Below the pieces are notes generated by a model, which had not been told where the DNA came from, ran no database searches, and saw only the letters and a list, made by a program, of their open reading frames with translations. DNA of 64,000 nucleotides from positions 11,718,001 to 11,782,000 of the forward strand of contig CP075493.1 in assembly GCA_021613535.1 (NCBI GenBank). The letters run 5' to 3'. Below, one piece after another: positions 52,050 to 64,000 of the stretch (the stretch's first letter is position 1; each line of letters opens with the position of its first letter). Source of the stretch: Adineta vaga (taxonomy: Eukaryota; Animalia; Rotifera). Made by a program: the position numbers and the translations under genes.

Positions 52050-53090
52050 ATCAGATGTTGCGTATATTCTTTAATAGATGGTTCATTAAATTGTTTTGGA
52101 ATATAAGTGAGAATATTGAGTGCAGCAGTATCAACTATAGCTTCAAATATAAGTACATCATCGACCGTCAGTCCAGGTATGGTCAGTAATAAACAGATCC
52201 CAGGATTATTTATTAGTATTCGTCTAACGTCAGCATGTCTTTCATGCGCATATATTAATTCTGTTGGTTGAAGAGGACAAACTTCTTGAATTAGATTGTT
52301 ACTTGCATTAAAAAGAAGTCCTGAAGCATCGGGTCCATTTTGTCGTAAGATTTTTTTATAAATATTGAATTATCAAATTGTTGATGTACACTGGGTGCAC
52401 AGGGAAGTCGTGGAAATTCAAGACACAAAACTTGAGCCAGAACAATACTTCGATAATCCGGTGAAATTTCAATATAATCCGAAACCAGTTTTCGTGTTGA
52501 ACGAAAATAGTTCAAAGCCCATTGAATATTTAAAGTGCCTTGACTCCAACCAATCACTGAAAAATTACGGTTGCCTGTATATTGTGAAACATAATTAATA
52601 GCATAGGCCACATTATTCGGCAGACACTTGGACATCTTGAAGAGTAAGTGAAGGTATGTTAAGCCACATTGAATTCATTAACGGAAAATTATGGATCTTC
52701 GGCTTTTATTACATTTAATAGATGGGCATTTTGATTCATCATATTTTTGAATGTTGTTAAAGAAACGATATTAATACGAACATTATTTGGATTTATACCT
52801 TGGATATAACTAAATTCACTGCACTCTATCAGATTTAGTGGAGTAGAATTTGTGTTTACTAGTGAAGTATTGGCAACAACATAGATCATCTGCTGAATAT
52901 TCGATGGTGGTGAAACAGTGTAACTTATTGATTGTAGAAATGCACTTAACGTTTGACTAACTGTTTAAATATTTTCGACATTTCCTTGAATGATCTGAGT
53001 CAAAAATAGTTTAAGTTTAAAAGAACAATTGACAATGGTATTCGTATTATTAAACGATGAAATAGGAGATCCATGAAGAGCAACTAAATG
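52050..53090 (-). pseudogene. Lipase B (CalB-like, fungal type) pseudogene
   Basis: VAYAINY, nucleophile elbow GWSQG, QWALNYF, ISPDY, CAPSVHQQ and a C-terminal EP.IKEY; several frameshifts and deletions. Confidence 0.65.
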
Positions 53091-53338
53091 AACTGAACAC
53101 GATCAGAAGTATTGAAACATTCATAAGACGTATATGTCTGTGTATTTGTCATCGATAAATGAAAAACATACATATGTTTTACGAAATATAAAATAAAAGA
53201 ACGAAGTTATTAAGTGCAGTTTTGTACTTCAAAAACAAGCATTGAATAAAGTAGAAATATACACTTGTGGTCCGAAAAAAATGAGTCTATTAAGTAATTA
53301 AAACGAATAGCAAACTTCTCTATTTTAAGTATTTGTTT

Positions 53339-56300
53339 TCAATATGGTTTTGATAATCTAACTGGCATTGCATTGACATAAATAAATTGAATTGATTTCG
53401 TTGTTTTCTGATGTTTTTTTCTTCTCAATTCTTGACGTATTGAATCGACAGGATCTAATTTAAAACAATATTTCAATATATCTAAGACGATAATAAACAT
53501 TGCCACGCCAATCATTGCAATAATAGCAATATAAGCAAGTGATTTGGAAACGGTTTCGTATATTTTAATTGAATTTGCTTTGAATTCACAATACCGACCC
53601 GAATAACTATTACTCAAACATATACAAGTAAAATGAAGTAATAATCCTTGACAAATACCATTATTTAAACATGTAATATTTTGACAATAATCTATCTTTG
53701 TCTGACAACGTGTATTTTGCCAACCATGTATACATTGACAAATAAATTCAGTATTTGATATATTCAAACACATTCCTAGACGACAAATTAGAAACAAAAA
53801 CATAATTATTTAATTAGTCTTTTAATTACCATTATTCCAACAAGTAGTCGATTGACAAGGTCGTTGATCATATTGACATTCTGTTCCGTTAAAACCCAAT
53901 AAACATGAACATGTATAACCGTAAGTTACAGTATTATTATTGATACAAGTAGCATTATTTTGGCATGGTTGAAGCATATCACATGGAAAAACAGAAATAT
54001 TACAATCATGACCAATATAATTGCTCGATATACAACCTGATGGAATTGTTGTAAGCATCGATGTTGTACCTAAATATTAAAGAAAAACGTAATCTTTTGA
54101 GCTAAAAGATAAGAACGATTTTTACATACTAGATGGATCAAAATCTGTTGCTGCTGTTTCCATATCTTCATCAGTTATGATTTCATACATACCGCAAGAA
54201 TCATTTATGAATAGAAATTGTTGAATTCGAAAATTATTTAAATCAATCACATATAGGTTAGCATAGTTATCAAAATTAAAATACCATGGTCCATTCAATC
54301 GATTCGATGCTGAACCACTTGTATTTGTACATCCTACAATACACCGTAATTCATCAGATCCCCATCGAACTATTCGATGATTATTATGATCTGAAATAAA
54401 GAGATATCCATCACTGTCAATAATAATACCAACAGGACAATCAAGTGTTATAGTTTGATTTGATAGATTTCCGATTACAGTTGTACCATTTCTCTCACCA
54501 GAAGAAAACAATTGAATACGATTGTTTCCACAATCGGCAACGTATAATTTATAATTAATATCAACGAATATTCCACGAGGATTGAATAACATATTAGTTG
54601 CTGATCCAGCAGAACCAATTCCAGCAATGACTCTTGTCGTATTTATAATTACTCTCATTAGATAATCTTTGAATTACTGTATGAAGGTTACCAAGTGAAC
54701 AATAGAAATTATTGCTAGCATCTATAAAGAAACTGTAACACTTATCATCCAGAGACATAGCGAGAGATGGAATTGTTACACCCGATGTCCATTTTCGCAC
54801 CTGTGAAGAGCCATTATAATTACTAATATAAATTTCATTATCCGTTGTTGCCAAAACAGTCGATGGAAAACTAACATCTGATGAGATAGTTTGTGATGCA
54901 GTGAGATTTCCTTCAATCCAAACTTGTACACGATTTAAATCTGTTTCAGCGACATAAATTGTATTGTCTAAATCAATAAAAATATCCGAAGGTTGTATTC
55001 CAATCGCACTATTATCCTGAAAGGTTATCGCTTCAGATTCCCAAGTGGCATTGAAACATAATTCAGGTTGATTGTAAGCAACTCCTAGAATGACATCATA
55101 TATTTTGACTATAGAGATCGTTAACTATGAAGCATAATGAACTACTGACCACATGTATTTATTAACAAACTAAATTTTTGAATACGATCATTGCCTGTAT
55201 CAGCTACATATATATTACCATAGCTATCGAAGCTAAGAGAATTCGGCGCAGTTAATTTTCTTGCAGATGATCCCTTTTTCTTCGAATTACATCCGAACAA
55301 ACATTCAAAACCTTTTGGTCCTGATCTAACGATACGATTATTTTTGTAGTCTGATATAAAAAGATAACCATCGAAATCAAGGATTACTCCAGTTGGACAG
55401 TCAAGTTTGAATGATGTTGACGCGGTTTGTCCGGCGACTGTTGTGCCATTGATCTGACCCGACAGAAAACATTGTATTCTATCGTTAGTACAATCAGCCA
55501 CATACAAAGTGAAATTTGTATCAACAAATATTCCTCGAGGTTCTTCTAATTGAGTTGCAGAGTTTCCTTTTTTTGGCGATATAGTACCAGCCATAATCGT
55601 CCAGTTATTTGAACTACTATACAATGATCGCCTCACCACTTGATGACCAGGTGAAGTTATAGAACAATATAAATTATCATCGTGATCAATGAAGAGACCA
55701 TAGCAGATATCACTGACATTTGTGACAATAGTACTATTAGTTGAGTCCAATGTCCATTTCATAATTTGACGATTTGTTTTGCCATGATCGAAATAAATAT
55801 CACCGAAAATTGTAGCAAAAACACTATGTGATTTTACAATTCCTAGAGAAATATTTGTTGATAGAGTTATATTTCCCTGTAACCATACTTGAACGTTTTT
55901 AGTATCGTCTCCAACAACATAAATATTATTATTAATATCAACATAAACGCTACTAGGTTTATTGCCTACAACCTTCTTGTTAGCCAAGGTTACACCATTC
56001 GAATTCCATCGCGCACAAGATGAAAGTTTTGGTCGATTATAAGAAGGACCTATCATAATGAATAAAGTTATTTGTACAATTTCTAACGAATATGATAATC
56101 TAAGAAAACTTACCGCATGAGTTTGTCGCTAGAGTAAATTTAAGAAGTCGACTATGATTACTATCAGCTATAATAATGTTACCATAACTATCAAAATGCA
56201 AACTTCGTGGTTGATTTAATTGACCAGATGGTGGATCACTAGACCCCAAACAACTGACAATACACTGAAAACCATTCGGTCCTAATCTAATTACACTACT

Positions 56301-57139
56301 ACTATCAAATTCGAGAACAAACAGATATTGATCGGAATCAAGAATGACTGCAATTGGACCATCGAGAGCAGTACTTCCAACTACCGTTTTACCGTCTTTG
56401 TATCCTGACTTAAACTTTTGAATTCGATTATTTTTATAATCTGCTACATATAAATTCAAATCAATATCAACAAAGATTCCACAAGGTTCATTAAGTTGAA
56501 ATGATGATGAGCCACTCGAATTCATACCTGCAATAATTCCTGTTGTTTTGTTAGTCTGATTCATTGATTGGGCAACAATTTGATGAAACGATCGCATAGA
56601 ACAATATATAGTATCATATATATCGACAAACAGACTTTGACAAGATGTATTTACGTTCAAAACTGGACCGATAATAGTTTGATTCAATGACCATCGTTCA
56701 ACTGTACCATTCACAAATCCATTATCGATATAAATATCACCAGCAATCGTAACAAATATGCTCAATGGTTCAATAAAACCACCAGAAATCGTTTGTATTA
56801 GAGTACTGTTCTCTTCGTGATAAACTTGAATCAAACCTTGATTTCGATTGAGTGCATAAATAATATTATTTTTATCGACAAATATATCATGTGGATCGTC
56901 AGATGGTGTACTTTCATTCGCCAAAATTGTACCAGTTGAATTCCACAATGCATTTCGACAGAATTTTGGTTGATTGTGGGAGACAGCTTAAATCAACATG
57001 TAATCATTTTTTTTATTAAATTAAACTTTTCTATCAAAAGAATATAGTATTCATTCGTTTTACCTGTTGTTTCAATGTTTATTAGTAAAGCGACAAACCA
57101 TAGAAAGAGTTGATAAAATAACCTCATGTTTTGTAGCAT
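53339..57139 (-). CDS. Type I membrane protein with three NHL beta-propellers, EGF repeats and a TM segment; multi-exon, frameshift near 54650
   Basis: Signal exon at about 57139-57063; NHL motifs (P.GIFVD..LYVAD..N.RIQ, FDSYGNIYVAD); EGF motifs CQNNATC and CLNNGIC; TM YIAIIAMIGVAMFIIVLDIL. Confidence 0.85.
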
Positions 57140-57620
57140 CATAAAGGAATCAACATGATACAGTAGAACCTTGTTCTTTGACTGTTGATGGTGTTTTATT
57201 TAACTGGCTTCTATTATATTCGAGAACTGTTATCAATTTTTTTTTCTACGGAAAAAAACAATCATCTGGAACAAGACACGGTAGTTAAATCGAAAAAAAT
57301 TGTTTATTTTAGGTTGGTGGAGCGTATAGTTTTACGAAGATATTAATTTAGAAAAATCATCGTTTGTTTCCGACAAGAAACAAACTAACGGAGAGATCGT
57401 AGTGTCGTTTTTTCTCCGTTTCCATATATTGGATACTTGAATATTAAAGGACAACAATGATTGATCAACGTACATATATCTACCCGTTGAAATCTACGCT
57501 TAGAAAAAATGAGCAAATGAAATGTCATATCTTTTCTTTCTTGATCATCAAAAATCTAAATAATGAAGTTTTCGTTTAACAAAAGTCACATAAATCATCA
57601 ATAAAAATTGTCTTGTTTTG

Positions 57621-57890
57621 TTAAGGACGAAGTAAATGTCGTACACGATTTCTTGCAATGTCGTCGACATTATTATTCATTGCAGGTCGTACAGGCATTC
57701 GCTGATATCCGTTATTACCGACAAAACGAGGTGCATGTGCTATTCCATGTGATGGTTGAAATTGATGCATATTTCCATGAGCAGCATACATTTGACGTCC
57801 ATTATTTTGATTAAAATAATTGTTCAATTGAGCAGCAACATGATTCCAATGCAAAACGGTATTATTACTCATTCCGGTCGGAACACTCAT
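57621..57890 (-). CDS. Small Asn/Gln/His-rich hypothetical protein (89 aa)
   Basis: ATG-initiated ORF with coding-like composition in AT-rich surroundings; no domain recognised. Confidence 0.45.
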   Translation of the reverse strand: MSVPTGMSNNTVLHWNHVAAQLNNYFNQNNGRQMYAAHGNMHQFQPSHGIAHAPRFVGNNGYQRMPVRPAMNNNVDDIARNRVRHLLRP

Positions 57891-58307
57891 TGTGCAATAT
57901 TAACTGCACAAAAATGATCAACAAACAAATGAATGAATGAATGAAAAGAATGTACGATATTTTAAACGCTTCAGGTTATGATATTGAAGAAGAAAAATGA
58001 AACTTCATTCATATGAAAGAAAACCTGTTAAACAAGTATACGTCATCAGAAGCAATGAAGCATAAGAGAAGAACAAAAAATAATTAGATAATGAATGATT
58101 TCATGAAATGAATGCGAACGAAAAGTGAGTAATTGTTGTTAAAATTAGCTCAACAAATAAAATGGACGTTTTTTTTTCCATATTTACAAGTAACGAGAAA
58201 AAATACGAGTAGAAACTAATTTAAAAACAAAAAGCATAGCTATTATATTCATAGTATTGTTCTACATTCAGGAATTATGATGATTCAAGTAGACAAAAAT
58301 ATCACAA

Positions 58308-60674
58308 CTAATGATTTTTATTTGATGAAAAAAGTTGTCGTTTAGATTGCCATTGTATGAATGGTCCTTGTAATTCAACTGTGTATATATGTTGTTGTCC
58401 AATAAAGATCTTGTAGAGACCAGGATAAAGCCATTTGGTACCATCTTTTGCAATGGTAAATAAATGTTCAACATTGAGAGAAAAGAAAACTTGTTTTGTT
58501 TCATTAACATCTAAATGAACACGATCGAAGCCAAATAATTGTTTGATTGGTAATATTTGTTCATCATTAATTGTATTCGATGCTGCTACAAACGCTAAAA
58601 CAACATCATCACCTGACATATCACCAGTATTTGTAACATTAACACGAAACAATTGAACAAGAATACGATGTTCATCATACTTATCTTTAATCAATGAAGA
58701 GATGGAATAGGATTGTTTATTTGTATCATTATTCCATGAATAATTAAAAGTTGTATAAGAAAGACCAGTACCAAATTCATAAACTGCTTGACCAGTATAG
58801 AATTTATATGTTCGACCAGGACTTATTTTTGATGGTCTCATTTGCATATTAAACATACTAACAGTATCAACATATGATGCTGGATAGATAGTAATTGGTA
58901 AACGTCCACCAGGATTATATTGACCGAAAAGGACATTAGCGATTGCTAAACCACCTGATTGTCCAGCATAACCCATCCAAGTAAGACTACCAAATTGAGA
59001 TGAATCACGAATATAAGTAAAATCTAAACCACTACCAGACATAATAACGACATGAATAGACGATCGAACGACTTTTTCAAGTTGCTGTAAGAGTGCTAAT
59101 TGTATATCAGGTAAACTGATCGAGACACGATCAATAGTTTCACCTTCAATTGTTTGATCAAGTCCACCGAAGAATATAACAACATCAGCGGTTTTTGCTA
59201 ATTCAATGGCTGCTGAAAAGCCACTTTCATCAGTACCATTTATCTTACAACCATAAGCAAATTGAATATCAATTGATTTACCTGCTGTTAATGCTTTAAT
59301 TCCTGTTACAGGATCGATCAAAAATGGAGCTTTACCAAAATAACTTCCTTGCATTGTTTCTGTTGCATTTGCTGTAGGTCCAATTAAAGCAATTTTCTTA
59401 TTGAATAATTTATTCATATCTAATGGTAATGATTTATTGATATTTTTCAATAGAACAATACTTTCTTGAGCACTTTGTAATGTTAGTTGTCGTGCTTCAT
59501 GTGTATCAACATTATCTTTTGTTAAATGTCGATAAAATTGTTGTTCAGGAGGATCAAACCAACCAAGTCGAATTAGAACATTAAATGTACGTTCAAGTGC
59601 ACGATCAATATCAGCTTCAACAATTGTTTTCTTCTCGAGTGCCTGTTTGGTATAATTAAAATAGAAATAACCACAATTCAGATCGGTACCAGCATGAAGA
59701 GCAACAGCAACTGTATCTTCTACTGTTGATGTATAATTATGTGCATACATAATAGTCGATATAGCTCCACAATCACTAACAACAAAACCATCAAGATGAA
59801 ATGATTCTCTGTAATTAATGAAAAAACGAAAACATATCAATAACCTATATATCTATAGACGATCTTACCGTGCCAATATTTCAAGTTCAAATTGATTTGC
59901 ACAATTTGGAATACCATTAATTGAATTATAACTACACATTATACTTGCAACATGAGCATCACGAATACATTTTTCAAATGGTGGTAAATATGTTTCGACT
60001 AAATCTTGATCACTAATGATTGCATCAAAATGGAAACGATCGGTTCCATTCCAATTTTCCAAATCATATGCATTGTATGCTTTACAATCAGCTGCAATTT
60101 TTAAATAACGTTCATCTTCACCACCTTGTAAACCTTGTACCAATGCATAAGCATATTCAGCTACTAGAAATGGATCTTCACCCGGTGTTTCTTGACCACG
60201 ACCCCATCTTGGATCACGAAAAATATTAACTGTAGGTGTAAAGAAAGTTAAACCCGATTGACCTTCATTATTGAATGCACGTGCTTCTGTTGATATGATA
60301 TTAGCCATACGATACACTAGTCGCATATTAAATGAAGCTCCAAAATTGATTGGCATGGGGAAAGATGTCGCTGCCGAAATATTTCCATCAAATGAAACAC
60401 CAGGTGAATAAGCAATACCATGTAATGCTTCTGACCACCATTCATATTTAGGTAAACCAAGACGTGGTATAGCAGAAGCTGTGGTGATCATTTGTGAAAT
60501 TTTTTCATCAATTGTCATACGATTAAGCAAATCAGCAACTCGTTGACGAGACGGAAGTTTTTGATCACATATTGGAAATGTGGCAAGTGGACCCGATTTA
60601 CAATCTGGAAAATGATCAGATTGGCCATGGACTAAAACGATTCCGACATACAATAATTCCACGAGTATATACAT
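58308..60674 (-). CDS. Glycoside hydrolase family 3 beta-xylosidase/arabinofuranosidase, secreted, 2 exons
   Basis: WWSEALHG, RDPRWGRGQETPGEDP, MCSYN, VSDCGA (nucleophile Asp), PGRTYKFY, FGTGLSYT and Fn3-like C-terminus; intron about 59810-59867. Confidence 0.92.
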
Positions 60675-61545
60675 TATCTTTGAAAGATATTATAAGACAT
60701 GTGTCCATATATATATATATATATGGCGACCACCTTGAAATGTGTGATGATGATATAGAAATAGAAGATAAGATATATGCAAAAAGCTATAAACAATAAA
60801 GATGAAAGAAAAGTTACAATGAATATAGATAGTAGCAATGTTGCAAAGAACAAAGAGTTATATAAGATAAGAGAATGTGAAGAAAGAAGTGTATGATTTT
60901 TTTTCTTTCTGTATGTTTTTCACAATCATCATGCTTATATCATGAAGAGAATTGTGAGGTTTTCTATTCGTGTACCATTGATATTTTATTGGTATAGTAT
61001 GAATATCGATGCATGTAGATGTGCAGTCATCAGTCAACAAATTGGATCACAATTTTTGATACATCCTAATTAAAAGTTACTTGAATTTATATCAATATTT
61101 TCTTCATCAAAAAATATCGAAATCTTATTTACATAAAATTATGTGAATAAAAGACAAAACACACTTTGAATAATAACATAACATACTTTAGAGACAAGAA
61201 ATGTCAAGTGAAATTTTTATAAGTTAATGATGATTTTAATTACTAATAATTGACTTATTCTATGATATCAAACATGAACTACTTAAAACAAAATATTTAT
61301 ATATTCGAAAGTATTACATTTAATGAATACTCATTTTTAATCAATTGAAGAAAAAAATAGTCATGTTATTTCATATTATATGTTATATCAATTAAGATTA
61401 AATATTTCTTTTTTTTTTCAAAATCATAAAGATTTTTGACAGTTTTTTTTAATATTCTTGATTGGAGTCACCTGCTAACAAAATCTTTTTTTCTCTAATA
61501 TATAACAAGGATAAATTCATAAAAGAAATAAAAATTCTTTTGAAA

Positions 61546-62584
61546 ATGTCTTCTTTATCATTACCGATTGTTATGATATTAAATAATATTTGTCAAAATA
61601 TAACATTATATATCGGACAAACAATATTAATTGCAGGTATTATTGGTAATATAATTAATCTTATTATATTTATTAGTTTGAAAACATTTCGACATAATTC
61701 ATGTGCATTTTATTTAATATTTATGTCATTTGTTAATCTTGGTCAATTATTTACAGGTTATCTTTCTCGTATATTAATAACAGGATATGAAATTGATTGG
61801 ACACAAACATCATTATTTTATTGTAAAACACGATGGTTTTTTTTTCAAATATTTACATTAACATCTTATTCGTGTATATCATTTGCAATTATTGATCAAT
61901 ATCAAGGAACAGTATCATATCATCGATCACAAAAATGGAATAATATTCAATTAGCATATCGTTTTTGTACAATAGCATTCATTTTATCCATAATTCATGG
62001 AATTCCATCAATATTCTATTTTACTCATATAAATTCATCTATATTAAATAAATATCTTTGTGTTCTTAATAATGATATTTTTTATAAATATCGAACATAT
62101 GGTTTTAATATTATATTAGCAGGTATTTTACCAATACTTACAACTGTTATATTTGGATTATTAGTTTATAGAAATGTTCAAAATATATCTTATCGAACGG
62201 TTCCACTTGTTCGACGTCAATTAGATCAACAATTAACAAATATGATTCTTACACAAATTATTTATATATTAATTGCTATTCTTCCATATACAATTGTAAT
62301 TATATTAATAACTAATATAAATTTATCAAATCAACCGTATTAACAGCTTCATTTCAATTCGCCGAATGTTTTGGTGCAATGATTTATTATTCATATTTTT
62401 CTGTAAGTTTTATTTGTTTTTATAAATGATTTTTGTTATTTTATAAATATAGGCACCATTTTATATTTATATTTGCGTATCAAAACGATTTCGTCAACAA
62501 TTACTTCATGTACTCAGACGTCTATTTGGAAATTCTTGTTTCAAACTAAAACTAATCAATAATCAAGTTAAACAAGAAATTTAA
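61546..62584 (+). CDS. Rhodopsin-like GPCR, frameshift near 62338, intron about 62403-62452
   Basis: GIIGNIIN, FRHNSCAFYL, FYCKTR, IDQY, RRQLDQQLT and APFYIYICVSKRFRQQL. Confidence 0.8.
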
Positions 62585-62870
62585 ATCACTAAAATATAAA
62601 GCAATTCTTTATCAATGTTGTCTCCTATATTTTGTCACCCTCACCCATCACAATTTTTCAAGACAAGCAAAATTGTTGTGTGACTACAATCATGTGTAGT
62701 ATATATACGTACATTTTATATACAAAGCATACTGTCGTTATCGTTATATTATAGAACGAAAAACAAAACAATGATTCATAGATGTTGACGACTTTATAAG
62801 TTGTCAAATAAGAATTGTGATGCAATTGATAAAAAAATTGAGTAAGAATTTATTTTCGTATAAACTTTAG

Positions 62871-63992
62871 ATGAAAATCTGTATAATGTTAGAAATAAAA
62901 ACTGATGTATTAGAAATGAATAGTCCAGTCTTTATTCAATGGCAACAATGGGAAAGTCGAGTAGAAAAATGGTTAAACCAGTCCGACGATGATTTAGATT
63001 TGTTGAATACAACCTCTTCCGATCGAATCATTTTAACTATTTTAACCGTCAAATATCAGGTTGTGTATAGAAATTTATATCAAGAAAGTACTTCTCATAC
63101 GACAAAGAAGTCTGATGAACGTATATTCAATGTTAGACTTTCGAAAAATAGACAAGTACATGCGGAAAAGAAACGAGAACGTGATCAAGACAAATTGATA
63201 TTATTCAATCAGATCACAAGTCGTCTTTTAAGTTCAGAACATATGAGTGCTGAAACTTCATCAGAATGGAAAGAATTTAATCAATTATGTGACTGGCATG
63301 GTATCATATTTATGCAACGATTTAGAAATTGTTTACATCAATTCATAAGCAAATTGATAAGTATGACATCAGCATATCAAGAATTTATCGAAAAACCGAT
63401 TATGGTTTCACCCGTATCTGAAATTATCAATCAAGTTTATGAAACCAACAAAGACGATGAAATTTTTCTCAGTATTGATATCAAATCTGCGAACTTTTCT
63501 ATGCTGCAATATATCAATGTTATCGATGTTCATATGTATCCAACTTGGTCGGATTTTCTATCAGTTTTCGTTGGATCAAGACCTTTACTTATTCATAGCA
63601 AAAGATTTCGTATGGATTGTCTTGGTGACTTACCTGAACGTCGCAAACTCGATGCATTGTGGATATATTATATGGCTACTATGTATCAAATGGTTTTGTG
63701 TCGTTGTTTAACTGAAAAAAATATCGATATACGATGTGAAGCTTTAACTGGAGACGAGGTAGTATTTCATTTAGATAAAACAATCGATAGAGAAAAACTA
63801 CTTGATTTGGTTAAATATATAGAAGTTTGTCTTAACAAAGAAAGTCCTATCGTTAAATTTGTTGTTCAAGCATATCGTATTCGTGTGTTTCATTGGAAAG
63901 ACGAACATCTATGTTTTGCGCGAATATTTATTGATGAAAGTAAAGACAAGAAAACGAATGACGTCTTTACAATAAAACTTACGCACATGTAA
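62871..63992 (+). CDS. Hypothetical protein with DNA-polymerase-A-like palm motifs; may continue beyond the window
   Basis: 373 aa ORF with FLSIDIKSANFSML, TWSDFL, SKRFR..CLG and LTGDEVVFHL. Confidence 0.6.
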   Translation: MKICIMLEIKTDVLEMNSPVFIQWQQWESRVEKWLNQSDDDLDLLNTTSSDRIILTILTVKYQVVYRNLYQESTSHTTKKSDERIFNVRLSKNRQVHAEKKRERDQDKLILFNQITSRLLSSEHMSAETSSEWKEFNQLCDWHGIIFMQRFRNCLHQFISKLISMTSAYQEFIEKPIMVSPVSEIINQVYETNKDDEIFLSIDIKSANFSMLQYINVIDVHMYPTWSDFLSVFVGSRPLLIHSKRFRMDCLGDLPERRKLDALWIYYMATMYQMVLCRCLTEKNIDIRCEALTGDEVVFHLDKTIDREKLLDLVKYIEVCLNKESPIVKFVVQAYRIRVFHWKDEHLCFARIFIDESKDKKTNDVFTIKLTHM

Positions 63993-64000
63993 AAGAAAAA

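Noticed and set aside
1-64000. rRNA or tRNA genes, prokaryotic operons
   Set aside because: None recognised; introns and gene families show this is eukaryotic nuclear DNA.

Overview
AT-rich, intron-containing eukaryotic DNA with short GT-AG introns of about 50-90 nt. The gene families (F-box/LRR, NHL-EGF, LDLa-EGF-GPCR, bacterial-type kelch, foreign-looking enzymes) point to a bdelloid rotifer (Adineta/Rotaria-like); this is inference, not a database result. The gene-dense left arm (1-22.4 kb) holds a head-to-head pair of caspase-domain genes (one fused to an ADP-ribosyltransferase-like domain), two F-box genes, a sialate O-acetylesterase, a large LDLa/EGF GPCR and a multi-pass membrane protein family. 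A ~2.9 kb block (C2H2 gene plus the 5' part of a membrane-protein gene) occurs twice in direct orientation (19.5-22.5 kb and 42.6-45.6 kb). The two copies bracket a ~20 kb island rich in transposons and pseudogenes: a TTAA/Kolobok-like element, a Tc1 DD34E element, hAT-like elements, MITEs and a solo LTR. The island also holds a stefin-like gene and a CheD/NTAN1-like Cys-His deamidase gene that the ORF track misses or only partly shows. The right arm has GPCRs, a kelch protein, peptide deformylase, a CalB-like lipase pseudogene, a triple-NHL/EGF protein, a GH3 xylosidase and an ORF with family-A-polymerase-like palm motifs. Many genes carry isolated small frameshifts, which suggests long-read indel errors.
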